NCBI GenBank assembly: GCA_963730935.1 | Contig: CAVSTP010000001.1 | Location: forward strand, 96,001 to 160,000 | Length of the DNA: 64,000 nt | Reading direction: 5' to 3' | From: an uncultured Nitrospiraceae bacterium | Lineage (GTDB): Bacteria > Nitrospirota > Nitrospiria > Nitrospirales > Nitrospiraceae | In this document: positions 29,412-38,741 of the stretch, piece after piece | How positions within the stretch are numbered: the first letter of the stretch is position 1 | Layout of the letters: each line of letters begins with the position of its first letter | Notes under the pieces: model-generated | Database searches by the model: none | Told to the model about the DNA's origin: nothing | The model's input: only the letters and a program-made list of their open reading frames with translations | Program-made: the position numbers and the translations under genes

Positions 29412-31733
29412 ATGCTGAAGAAAATGCCGCTGCTTCATCGCTTCCTGCGTTCCCCGTGGGCCTTCCGATCCCTCTGGCTCCTTGCTGCGAGTGTTCTGCT
29501 GATCATGGCCGGCCTCGCGGTCTACGGAGCCTATCTCGCGACTTTTCTCGAACTCCCACGGAGCGAAGATCATCCGCCTCTGCTTCTGTACACGGCTCCC
29601 TTCCAGTTGAAAACGGGTCTCTCATTGAAGACGGCACGCCTTCCAGAACGGTTGCAGCGATTGGGCTATCGGCCGGTCAGTAACTCGGTCGCCTCGGCGG
29701 GCGATTATCACCTCACCTCCGAGGCCCTCACCATCTTTCTGCACGCGCAGCCTGAAGCCTTTGTAAAGGCCAACGTCGTCACGCTGGACCTGCAGGAAGG
29801 CCTCGTGACGCAGGTGCTCTCGGAGCCGGACCGGACGCCGATTTTTCCGGTCTTTCTCGAGCCTGAACTGATTAGCGGCTTTCGTGGCGCCTCGCGTCAG
29901 GTCAGGGAATGGATTCCACTGGCTCGAATGCCTGAGCGGTTGGTCGAGACGATCTTGGCGGTGGAGGACCGGCGGTTTTACTCGCATGCTGGTATCGATC
30001 CTGTGGCGGTGGGACGGGCGGTGTGGCGGAATCTGACGAAAGGTGGGGTCGTCCAGGGCGGCAGCACGATCACCCAGCAGTTGGCAAAAAATCTCTTCTA
30101 TTCACCGCAGCGGACATTCGTCCGTAAAGTGAAGGAAGCGCTGGCCGCGATCGTGTTGGAGTCGAAATACAGGAAGCGCGAAATTCTAGAGTCTTATCTC
30201 AATGAAATTTACCTCGGCCAAGCGGGGTTCGTCTCGATCTACGGGGTGGGGGAGGCGGCTCATCGATACTTCGGCAAGAGCTTGGACGAACTGACCACGG
30301 GCGAGATCGCCATGATCGCGGGACTCATCAAAGGTCCGAACACCTTTGCGCCCACCAAACACCGCGAGCTGGCCCAACAGCGTCGTGATGTCGTCCTCCG
30401 TCTGTTGCGCGACCAAGGCAAGGTCACTGAGGAGGAGTGGAAGAGCGCGGTGAACGAACGGGTTCAGGTGGTCCCCCCGGACGATGCGTTGGCCGAGGCG
30501 CCCTATTTCGTCGATACCGTCCTCCGGCAGGTCGAGGAGTCCGTTGGGACGCCCTTACCGGAAGGCTTGCGCATTGACAGCACGCTCGATTCGCTCCTGC
30601 AGCAGTCGGCTACGGAAGGCTTGGAACAGGGACTGGCCAGGCTCGAGCGGGCCTATCCGGCATTAAAAAAATCGGAGCAACCGCTCCAAGGAGCGGTAGT
30701 GGTGTTGGATCCGTCGACAGGGGCGATTGTGGCGCTGGTCGGAGGACGCGATTACCGCATCAGCCAGTTCAATCGGGCGGTACAGGCGCATCGGCAGGCA
30801 GGGTCGCTGTTCAAGCCATTCGTGTACCTGGCGGCATTTGAGGCGAGTCGAAGCGGCGCACAACCCTACATGACTCCGGCCAGCCTTTTGGCCGATGAAC
30901 CGGTCACGTTCGAATCAGAAAATGGGAGCTGGTCGCCTCAAAACTACGACAAGCAGTTTCGGGGGAACGTTACGCTGCGTAACGCGTTGGAGCAATCTCT
31001 CAACGTGCCGGCGGTTCGCGTGGCCAAAGCAGTCGGCACTCAGCCCATCCTCGATGTCATCCGCCAACTCGGTGTGACGACGGTGATGACCAATGACCTC
31101 TCGCTTGCGTTGGGAAGTCCGGCCGTCTCGTTGCTCGACATGGTGACCGCCTATGGCACCATGGCTAATGGAGGAGTTTTTGTGCGTCCGACGAGTCTAC
31201 GCGCTGCATCGGATCGAGAGGGCATGACCCTATGGACGGCGACTCCCGAACGCCGGCAGGCGGTTTCTCCACAGGCGGCTTATCTGGTCACCTCTCTTCT
31301 TGAGGGCGTCGTGCGCCGGGGAACGGCGGCAAAAGCGAAGGTGTTGGGTCTGACCGGAGCCATCGCAGGCAAGACAGGCACGACCGATGGGTATCGCGAC
31401 GCCTGGTTCGTCGGGTATACCTCCGATCTCGTGATCGGCGTATGGGTAGGGTTCGACGATGAGCGGGCGGTACGCTTGACGGGTTCACAAGCGGCGCTGC
31501 CGATTTGGATGGACATCGCCAGGCGCATGTTGCCGGAGCAAGCGGCTCCGTTTTCGCCACCCGCCGGCGTCGTCGCCCGTGCCATTGATCCTAAGACAGG
31601 CCAATTGGCGACGTCACAATGTCCCGAACGCGTCGACGAAGTGTTTATCGAGGGCACCGAGCCGACCGTGTACTGTGAAGTGCACGGGGGCGGTCTGTGG
31701 GAACGGCTTCGACACACGTTCGGATTTTCCTGA
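29412..31733 (+). CDS. mrcB: Class A penicillin-binding protein (PBP1b-like)
   Basis: EDRRFY.H.G.D, GGSTITQQLAKN, RK.KE, SLFK, SLN, KTGTT; UB2H-like insert. Confidence 0.9.
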   Translation: MLKKMPLLHRFLRSPWAFRSLWLLAASVLLIMAGLAVYGAYLATFLELPRSEDHPPLLLYTAPFQLKTGLSLKTARLPERLQRLGYRPVSNSVASAGDYHLTSEALTIFLHAQPEAFVKANVVTLDLQEGLVTQVLSEPDRTPIFPVFLEPELISGFRGASRQVREWIPLARMPERLVETILAVEDRRFYSHAGIDPVAVGRAVWRNLTKGGVVQGGSTITQQLAKNLFYSPQRTFVRKVKEALAAIVLESKYRKREILESYLNEIYLGQAGFVSIYGVGEAAHRYFGKSLDELTTGEIAMIAGLIKGPNTFAPTKHRELAQQRRDVVLRLLRDQGKVTEEEWKSAVNERVQVVPPDDALAEAPYFVDTVLRQVEESVGTPLPEGLRIDSTLDSLLQQSATEGLEQGLARLERAYPALKKSEQPLQGAVVVLDPSTGAIVALVGGRDYRISQFNRAVQAHRQAGSLFKPFVYLAAFEASRSGAQPYMTPASLLADEPVTFESENGSWSPQNYDKQFRGNVTLRNALEQSLNVPAVRVAKAVGTQPILDVIRQLGVTTVMTNDLSLALGSPAVSLLDMVTAYGTMANGGVFVRPTSLRAASDREGMTLWTATPERRQAVSPQAAYLVTSLLEGVVRRGTAAKAKVLGLTGAIAGKTGTTDGYRDAWFVGYTSDLVIGVWVGFDDERAVRLTGSQAALPIWMDIARRMLPEQAAPFSPPAGVVARAIDPKTGQLATSQCPERVDEVFIEGTEPTVYCEVHGGGLWERLRHTFGFS

Positions 31734-31810
31734 TCCGGCTTTCAACAAACTCCTAGGTGGTCCGGCCCGAAATGGTGTAAGCTGGCGCCGATGCTAGTGG
31801 GAGGCTCTGC

Positions 31811-32254
31811 ATGAAGAAAAACGGATTTGGTGGCGACGACAATATCACGCTGTTGGCCAAGGGCGTGCATCTCAAGGGCGAGATTCGGGTCGAAGGCACG
31901 GTCCGGATCGACGGCCGTCTCGAGGGTGAAATTCACACGAAGGGGCAGGTCATCGTCGGCGAAGATGGGCTGGTCCAGGGTGTGGTCGCCGCAGGCACCG
32001 TCGTGAGCAGCGGCCGCATCAAGGCCACAGTCACGGCAGTCGAGCGGGTGCACCTCCTGAAGACCGCCGAACTCATCGGCGAAATCCATACGCCGGTGCT
32101 CATGATGGAAGAAGGCGCCAAGTTGCAAGGCACGACCGACATGGGCCTCGCCGCCTGGCCTGACGAGCTGCCGAAACTGGCAGGCCCGGTCCGTGAACTG
32201 ACGTCGCACCGGGGCAAGCACGTTGTCGTGGTCGAAAAGGATTCCAACGCCTAG
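31811..32254 (+). CDS. Bactofilin (polymer-forming cytoskeletal protein)
   Basis: LKGEI...G.VRIDG.LEGEI, GEI.TP.L.MEEGA. Confidence 0.9.
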   Translation: MKKNGFGGDDNITLLAKGVHLKGEIRVEGTVRIDGRLEGEIHTKGQVIVGEDGLVQGVVAAGTVVSSGRIKATVTAVERVHLLKTAELIGEIHTPVLMMEEGAKLQGTTDMGLAAWPDELPKLAGPVRELTSHRGKHVVVVEKDSNA

Positions 32255-32350
32255 CGGACTCCCGTCCACGCGCGGCTCTCGCGGATGCAGGTTTCATACG
32301 CGCGGTGATCCAGGGAGGCCTTTGTGGAAGCGACGCTCTTCCTCGTTCGC

Positions 32351-32688
32351 ATGACCCGACCCCAAGCCTTTACCGCTGTCTTCTTCGCACTCGGAACGGC
32401 CTCACTGCCAAAGCGCTCGTCATGCTGGCATCGAGCGTGGGCGTCGTTTCGACAGTGGATCAGGTGCTCCGCCCCTGGCTGATCGGCAGGGACGTCCCGA
32501 TTCCTGTCCTCTTTCTCGTCTTCAGCGTGCTCGGTGGGTTGGTCCTCTACGGGCCGATCGGCCTCTTCGTCGGACCGGTGCTCGTGAGCCTCTTCATGAC
32601 CGCGCTGCAGATCTATCGTGAGGAGTATCACGCTGCCGACAAACCGTCCGGCCCGCCCGCCGTTGCTTCGACGCCTGGCGCCCCATAG
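32351..32688 (+). pseudogene. AI-2E family transporter remnant (internal deletion plus frameshift)
   Basis: ATG 32351 gives MTRPQAFTAVFFAL; another frame gives the AI-2E C-terminus DQVLRPWLIG...SVLGGL..YGPIGLFVGPVL...IYREEY. Confidence 0.7.
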
Positions 32689-32694
32689 TCAGTG

Positions 32695-33288
32695 TTACTC
32701 CATGGGGATCGTAATCGCGATTCCTCCCATGACATCGTTCAATTTGAAATCCCGTTTAGGGCTCAGGGGGTGAGTGTTGTGACAGCTGATACAGGCGGCA
32801 GACACGGCGCGATCGGGATAGATCGCCTGGAAGTACTGTTTGCGGCCGCTGGTCACGATTCCCGTGATCGGCGCATCCGGCGCGCGGTTCAGCGATTCCA
32901 GTGCCTTGCGTTCAAAATCCGTCGCGGGTGCGTTGCGTTGATAGATCGGTGAGAGTCCGATGAGCCGGTACCGGATGCCTTGACCGCTTTCAGCGACCAA
33001 TCGGCCGGAATGTTGCAGAAATTGGGCGGGAAGCGGTAACGCGTTCTCCTGTTCCCAATGTTCGACGGCCTTGACGACGCCTTTTTCCTGGAGGCGATTG
33101 ACGATCTGGGTTGTGTAGATGGTCCGGTGTGCTTGCAGGACGGCGTGCACGAAGCCTGCGACCCTTTCCGGAGAAATTCCCGCCGCCTTTGGCTCCTCTT
33201 TTGCCGGATACGCCGCGGCAACCCACCACAGTGCAACCACTACGAACGTGAGGCCTGCGGAAATATGGGCGACTCGGAAGCGGTCCAT
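32695..33288 (-). CDS. DUF3365 (Tll0287-like) periplasmic c-type heme protein
   Basis: N-terminal TM/signal, LPLPAQF, P.TDFE, ACISCHN, DFKLNDVMGG. Confidence 0.87.
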   Translation of the reverse strand: MDRFRVAHISAGLTFVVVALWWVAAAYPAKEEPKAAGISPERVAGFVHAVLQAHRTIYTTQIVNRLQEKGVVKAVEHWEQENALPLPAQFLQHSGRLVAESGQGIRYRLIGLSPIYQRNAPATDFERKALESLNRAPDAPITGIVTSGRKQYFQAIYPDRAVSAACISCHNTHPLSPKRDFKLNDVMGGIAITIPME

Positions 33289-35741
33289 GGGGACTCCTTT
33301 GAAGACGAGTTGGAGGCGATGAGGGGCAGCGTGACCAGGCAGGATGTGCCAGCTCCTTCCACGCTCTCCAAACGGATATCGCCGCCGAACTTTTTGATGA
33401 TGCGGCGCGCGACGGTCAATCCGAGACCGGAGCCTTCCCCCTGACCTTTGGTCGTGAAGAAGGGGTCGAAGATCTTCGAAAGATGCGACTTGGGAATGCC
33501 CGGGCCGGAATCGGCGATGGTGGCGACGACGGTCCTCTCGACGATGGCCGTGGCAAGCCGCAGCGTCCCTTTCCACTTCATGGCCTGAACGGCATTCAAC
33601 AGCAGGTTCATGAAGGCCTGCTGAAGTTGATCGGGGAGGGCCGAGACCACCGTATCCCCCACGTAGTTTCGCTCGACCGTCAATTCCGAGATGTCCACCC
33701 CGGCCGAGATCGCCGCGAGCGCATCGTCCATTTCGCGTTCGAGGTGCACCATTTGTCGCTGATCGGCGACTTCACGCGCCGCGATGCCCGTAAAGTCCCT
33801 GATGATGGTTGCCATCCGCTTCCCGTGCTGGACGATGTCCTGGGCGTAGGATTTGACGCGCGCCGGATCACAGTTGTCTTGAAGTGCTTCTCCAAGGCCC
33901 AGGATCCCGAACAAGGGATTGTTCAATTCGTGGCCGATGCCTGCCGTGAGAATACCCAGACTTCCCGACTTCTCCGCCTCCACCAGCTTCTCCTGCATGC
34001 GGCTTTCGTCTGTCGTGTCCCGGAGGACGAGTCCGATGCGATCGGACTCTCCCGGTCGGCCGGTGACGCGAAACCACTCGTACCGGTACAAATGGCTGCC
34101 TAGCTGCAGCTCGGCCTGCCTCGCATGTGATGTCGTGCGCGGGACGAGCGGATCTCTGATCTCATCAGCACTGTTGGCCCGTTCCGCGGCCGGTACCAAG
34201 ACCGCCTCCCGCTTGTGGTGACTCCACAGTTCCTGACGCAGTTGCTGTTGTTGCGAAGCATCCACCGGCAGCGCATTGAACAGCTGTCCAGGAGCCTCGG
34301 AGAACCCGAATACATCCCGAGCCGTCCGATTGACGTACTGCACCTGTTCCTGGTCGTCCACGATCAAAATGGGCGTTGGCACGGCATCCAGAATCTCATC
34401 GGTGGATCGCTGCAAGTACTGGACTTCTTGCGTCTTCAAGGTCACTTGATCGGTCAGACCTGCGAAGGCGGCCTCCAACTGCCGGTTCATGCGGTTGAAC
34501 TCTTCCGCGAGTGTCTCCAGCTCATCGCCGGTCTTAATCTCAATGGATTGCCGCAGTTCCCCGCGTCCAATGGATTGCGCAGCTTGCTGCAGTTGCCGAA
34601 CCGGCGTGACGATTCGCGTGGCCGCGAGATAGCCCAGTGTTGCCAGCAATCCCACGGCGATGGAGCCAAACACGGTCATCCATGTAAATAAATGCCTGAT
34701 CGGCCCGAAGAGCTCATCCGACGATTGCCACACAAACGTATGCCACGAGCCGGCTTCGAGAGATCCATTGGTAGCCCGGCTGGTCTCCGGCAGCGGCGAA
34801 AATCCGATGATCGATGAGGAATTCCCGCCATGGCCGTCGCTCGGTGCGTTGGTCCATCCCGGTTCGCGAGGAGTCACCAACGGGATGATCGAGGCATCGG
34901 ACAGCCGTACCCCCGTGGGAAGGATCGGACAGCTCACGACAATTCCCCGATGATCGATCAACATTACGTGACCGGTCTTCCCAAAGCGGATCGGCTGGGT
35001 GGACGGCGAAAAGAATTCCTTGGCGTCGATGATCCGGTGGATGACGCCGACCGCCTCATAGCGGAGACTATCCATGATGGGGAGACTGATGGAAAAGGCA
35101 TAGGTACCGGCCAGTTCGTCGAAATAGACGTCCTCGATAAACAGTTGTCCGATGCCCCTGTTGTAGCTCCCTTTCCACCAGGCGAAGGTACTGTTGTTAA
35201 AATGCGGCTTGTCCGCCAACGCGGCGACCACATGCCCCTGCACGTCCGTCACAAACAGCATCCGAGTGGCGCCTCGGACCACCTGCGGGATGAGCTCGTC
35301 CGGCTCACTTCGGGCGCCGGTATAGTATTCCCGCAGGAGGCCGGCCAACGGATTGTCCGTGATGGCTTTCACGGCAGCCGGGTCTTTGGACGCCCATTTG
35401 CGCTGAAATTCCTCCAGGCTCGGCGACGGTTTGCCGCCGGCCGCGAGCGCGAGATCGCGGCGGTGCTCCAGCTCACGCACAATCACAGGGTCTGCGGCGA
35501 TTCTGGAGGTCCGTGCAATTTCCTCCCCAACGAGGAGGTCGAGTTTTCTGGCGGCCTCCGTGGCCAGCGCTTTGAAGCTCTCTCCACTGACTTCGTGTAT
35601 TTCTTTCGATCCCTGCCAGAAGGCCATGCCGAGGCCGACGAGCAGAGGCACCACTCCGACCAGCAGCATGGAGACGATCAGTTTGGTCTGAAGCCTCCAT
35701 CCTCGAGTGGCGGGGGAAGGCGGCCTCGATGACGGCGTCAC
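33240..35741 (-). CDS. Sensor histidine kinase (Cache-HAMP-PAS-HisKA-HATPase)
   Basis: Two TM segments, HAMP (GDELETLAEEFNRM), AGIGHELNNPL, FFTTK, GSGLGL. Confidence 0.92.
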   Translation of the reverse strand: MTPSSRPPSPATRGWRLQTKLIVSMLLVGVVPLLVGLGMAFWQGSKEIHEVSGESFKALATEAARKLDLLVGEEIARTSRIAADPVIVRELEHRRDLALAAGGKPSPSLEEFQRKWASKDPAAVKAITDNPLAGLLREYYTGARSEPDELIPQVVRGATRMLFVTDVQGHVVAALADKPHFNNSTFAWWKGSYNRGIGQLFIEDVYFDELAGTYAFSISLPIMDSLRYEAVGVIHRIIDAKEFFSPSTQPIRFGKTGHVMLIDHRGIVVSCPILPTGVRLSDASIIPLVTPREPGWTNAPSDGHGGNSSSIIGFSPLPETSRATNGSLEAGSWHTFVWQSSDELFGPIRHLFTWMTVFGSIAVGLLATLGYLAATRIVTPVRQLQQAAQSIGRGELRQSIEIKTGDELETLAEEFNRMNRQLEAAFAGLTDQVTLKTQEVQYLQRSTDEILDAVPTPILIVDDQEQVQYVNRTARDVFGFSEAPGQLFNALPVDASQQQQLRQELWSHHKREAVLVPAAERANSADEIRDPLVPRTTSHARQAELQLGSHLYRYEWFRVTGRPGESDRIGLVLRDTTDESRMQEKLVEAEKSGSLGILTAGIGHELNNPLFGILGLGEALQDNCDPARVKSYAQDIVQHGKRMATIIRDFTGIAAREVADQRQMVHLEREMDDALAAISAGVDISELTVERNYVGDTVVSALPDQLQQAFMNLLLNAVQAMKWKGTLRLATAIVERTVVATIADSGPGIPKSHLSKIFDPFFTTKGQGEGSGLGLTVARRIIKKFGGDIRLESVEGAGTSCLVTLPLIASNSSSKESPWTASESPIFPQASRS

Positions 35742-36856
35742 GTCGAACCCTCTGATACGGACGGGAAGGTGATGGTAAAGGTCGTGCCGTGGTCGACGCG
35801 GCTTTCAACGTCGATCTTTCCACGCATTTTGTTCACGATGGTCTTGACGTTGTACAGTCCCAACCCCGTGCCCTTGCCAGATTCTTTCGTGGTGAAGAAT
35901 GGTTCGAAGATTTGGTCCTGGACCGCTGGTTCGATTCCGCATCCGGTATCGGAGATCCGCAGCGTGACGCCGTCGGAGAAGTGGTCCGTTGTCAGCGTCA
36001 GCGTCCCTCCGCCCTGTTCCATGGCTTGCACCGCATTGGTAATGAGATTGACCAGAATGTGGAGGATCTCGTCCGGGTTGCCCCGCGCGGCGGCGCCCTC
36101 CTCATATTCTTTCCGCACGCTGATATCGTGAAAGCTGACCGCATACCGGGCGATCTTCAGTGCTTCGTCAAGCCGGTTGTTCAGGCAAACCATCGTCTCA
36201 TCGCGACCCGAGGTCTTTCTGGCATATTGCGTCAAATCCCGGGAGATGGCGCTGGTTCGGCGCACGGCTTCAATGATTTCTTGCGCCTGTGCGCGGACGG
36301 CTTTCAGGTCCGTTTCCTCCGCGAGGTTTTCGGCCAACCCCATGATCAACTGGAGCGGATTGTTGATGTCGTGCGCAATGCCCGCGGCAAACGAGCCGAT
36401 CCCCGCCAACTTTTCCGCGTGAAAGAGCTCGGTCTGAAGATTCGCTTCATGACGGACCAGTTCCCACAGGAGGCGAGCGGTCGATCCGCTCAGGACCTCG
36501 ATCTCGGGGCGCTTGTGGATCTGGACGAATCGTTCCACCTCGGGATCTCCGGTGACATCCATGATCAAGTTCACGCCATGGTTGTATACGAGATCTTCCA
36601 CCCGGTCAGCGACTGGGATACGGAGGTTTTTCGCCCGCGTGAGTCCGGGCGCGGCCGGGTCTCGATCGGAGATTCCGACGATTTCGATCGAAGGAATCAA
36701 GTGGAGGAGATCGAGGAGCGCGGTCCCTCCTCGTCCGGCCCCGAGGATCGCGATCTTAGTTTGCGCGAGCTTCGACACCACCGCTCTGTCCGTCAGAGGT
36801 TGCACGGCATGACTCCCTGGATGGGGGGGAGGGACCACTGCCCTCCCCGACATCAT
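35738..36856 (-). CDS. Cytoplasmic histidine kinase with N-terminal Rossmann-like domain
   Basis: KIAILGAGRGG..IVGISDRD..IMDVTG, then AGIAHDINNPL, FEPFFTTK, GTGLGL; start uncertain. Confidence 0.88.
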   Translation of the reverse strand: MMSGRAVVPPPHPGSHAVQPLTDRAVVSKLAQTKIAILGAGRGGTALLDLLHLIPSIEIVGISDRDPAAPGLTRAKNLRIPVADRVEDLVYNHGVNLIMDVTGDPEVERFVQIHKRPEIEVLSGSTARLLWELVRHEANLQTELFHAEKLAGIGSFAAGIAHDINNPLQLIMGLAENLAEETDLKAVRAQAQEIIEAVRRTSAISRDLTQYARKTSGRDETMVCLNNRLDEALKIARYAVSFHDISVRKEYEEGAAARGNPDEILHILVNLITNAVQAMEQGGGTLTLTTDHFSDGVTLRISDTGCGIEPAVQDQIFEPFFTTKESGKGTGLGLYNVKTIVNKMRGKIDVESRVDHGTTFTITFPSVSEGST

Positions 36857-36872
36857 ACCAGCGGAGAGAAGT

Positions 36873-37307
36873 TTAGAGATGTGCGAGCTCTCTCTGCTCC
36901 ATGGCTCGAGCGACCGACTCCCGAAGCTTTTCGCCTTCCACCGGCTTCACCAGATAATCGACCACTCCCTGGCGGAGCATGGACGTTGCCATGTCCGCAT
37001 CGGGGAACCCGGTCAGCACGATGACCGGCACTCTCGGGTAGTTGGCCCGGAAGTAGGCGATGGCTTCCACACCGTTGATCTTCGGCATGCGAATGTCGCA
37101 GACCAGGATGTCCAGGAGGAGTCTGTTTTCTCCCGCGTTGATGGTCTCGATCGCCTTTTCGCCGTTCTCTGCTTCAAGGACGTCATAGCCGGCCTTTTGC
37201 AGTGTCATGCGAACCACCTTGCGGATGTCCGCTTCGTCGTCGACGACCAACACACGTCCATTCGTGGCTTGATCACCCATGAAAAATCCCGATGTAAATT
37301 CTCCCAT
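36873..37307 (-). CDS. Single-domain response regulator
   Basis: VLVVDDE, DIRMPKING, LTG, YLVKP; AAGGAGG RBS. Confidence 0.9.
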   Translation of the reverse strand: MGEFTSGFFMGDQATNGRVLVVDDEADIRKVVRMTLQKAGYDVLEAENGEKAIETINAGENRLLLDILVCDIRMPKINGVEAIAYFRANYPRVPVIVLTGFPDADMATSMLRQGVVDYLVKPVEGEKLRESVARAMEQRELAHL

Positions 37308-37521
37308 GATGTCCTCCTTGTTGGATGGTGAACGGTGTATGTGTTCCGGCATGGTCTTGTTTGCCGTGGAAGAGAGCAAGCGATGTGCCTTCTGGGCCGT
37401 TGATGGCATTGTCTGTACTTTCCTGTACTTGCAGGCGAATGTTTCTCCACCCGTTCCGCTGGGACGGTTGGAATCCACCACCAAGGCTCAAATGCACCAC
37501 CAGCCTGAAAGAAGAGCCGCA

Positions 37522-37605
37522 TCAGTCGGCCCACCAGATACGATGCAACAAGAATAGCGAGCTCAGCAGCACCGTGGGTGCGGTCAGTGTTACTAGAGTG
37601 TTCAT
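37522..37605 (-). CDS. Candidate small hydrophobic peptide (27 aa)
   Basis: AACAAGGAGG-N5-ATG; MNTLVTLTAPTVLLSSLFLLHRIWWAD*. Confidence 0.35.
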   Translation of the reverse strand: MNTLVTLTAPTVLLSSLFLLHRIWWAD

Positions 37606-37890
37606 GACGGCCTCCTTGTTCTCTTGCTCTGACCCATACGTACCATGCAGACTGGTGACAGGGTGATGACCGAATAGTCCTTCAATTCTAGGTGCTTCGA
37701 GATTGGAAGCAGCCTACATCCTCTGCGTGAGTGAGCCTGTGCGAAGGAATCACATTCGATCCAGCGCTGAATCCAATTTGTCGCGGCTGTAGAAGAGTAG
37801 AATTGCCTTTCCGAAAGGGCGTACGGTATCCTGGCTGAAGCACGTGCTGACGCAGTCAATCGTCGAGGCGAACAACGGCGGGGAGGGCCT

Positions 37891-38154
37891 TTGATTACCC
37901 AAGATATGCTGACGGATTACATCAGACGGACCATACCGGACGCCGTTGTGACCATGATCGACAAGACCGGTACGATGGATCATTTGAAAGTGACCATCGT
38001 CTCGGACGCGTTTCAGGGCAAGAACCTGCTTGACCGACATCGCTTGATCTATCAGGCACTTGACGCACCGATGAAGGACGGGCGCATCCACGCGCTGGAA
38101 TTGACGGCGAAGACCAAAGAAGAACAGCAGCAGTTGATGGCTGAGAGCCGCTGA
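37891..38154 (+). CDS. BolA/IbaG family protein
   Basis: DHL.V.IVSDAFQGK.LL.RHRLIY.AL, IHAL.L. Confidence 0.9.
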   Translation: MITQDMLTDYIRRTIPDAVVTMIDKTGTMDHLKVTIVSDAFQGKNLLDRHRLIYQALDAPMKDGRIHALELTAKTKEEQQQLMAESR

Positions 38155-38178
38155 CTGGTTGCTGGAAGGAGGCCGACG

Positions 38179-38502
38179 ATGGCGGATCCAATCGAAGAAG
38201 AAATTCAAAAGGAAGTCAAAGCCCACAAGATTCTGGTCTATGGCAAGGGCACGAAGCAGATGCCGATGTGTGGATTTACCCGGGAGACGATGCAGTTCTT
38301 CGACAAATACGGCTACCCCTATGAAGTGATCGACGTGTTGTCGCAGCCGGCCAAGCGGGAAGCCCTCAACAAAATGACCAATTGGCCTACGCTCCCCAAG
38401 GTATTCATCGACGGCACCTTCTATGGGGATACGGATATTCTGGATCCGATGGCGGCGAAAGGAGAGATTGAGCCGCTGCTGAAAAAGGCGTTCGGAAAGT
38501 AG
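38179..38502 (+). CDS. grxD: Monothiol glutaredoxin (Grx4 family)
   Basis: KGT...PMCGFT, WPTLP.VFIDG.F.G..DI; follows bolA. Confidence 0.88.
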   Translation: MADPIEEEIQKEVKAHKILVYGKGTKQMPMCGFTRETMQFFDKYGYPYEVIDVLSQPAKREALNKMTNWPTLPKVFIDGTFYGDTDILDPMAAKGEIEPLLKKAFGK

Positions 38503-38607
38503 GCAGCCAGGCAAGCTTCGCCGTCTCTCCCTTCGAGGGTACCCACTACCTCCGGCTCGCTCTCAGCTCGTAAGCTCGTTCAAAGTGTGTCGAACAATAC
38601 GCACTTC

Positions 38608-38632
38608 GCCGTTGCTCATACAGAGCAACGGC
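38608..38632. terminator. Perfect 10-bp hairpin between convergent genes
   Basis: GCCGTTGCTC-ATACA-GAGCAACGGC. Confidence 0.5.
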
Positions 38633-38741
38633 CGCGAGCGGCGGCTAGTTGTGTCCCGCCCTCTCCAGTGATTACGGTGAGAGCCTCGCCTGGCTGCTTC
38701 AAGGAAGTGATGAGAAGAGACGGCTCAACTCGCACCACAAC

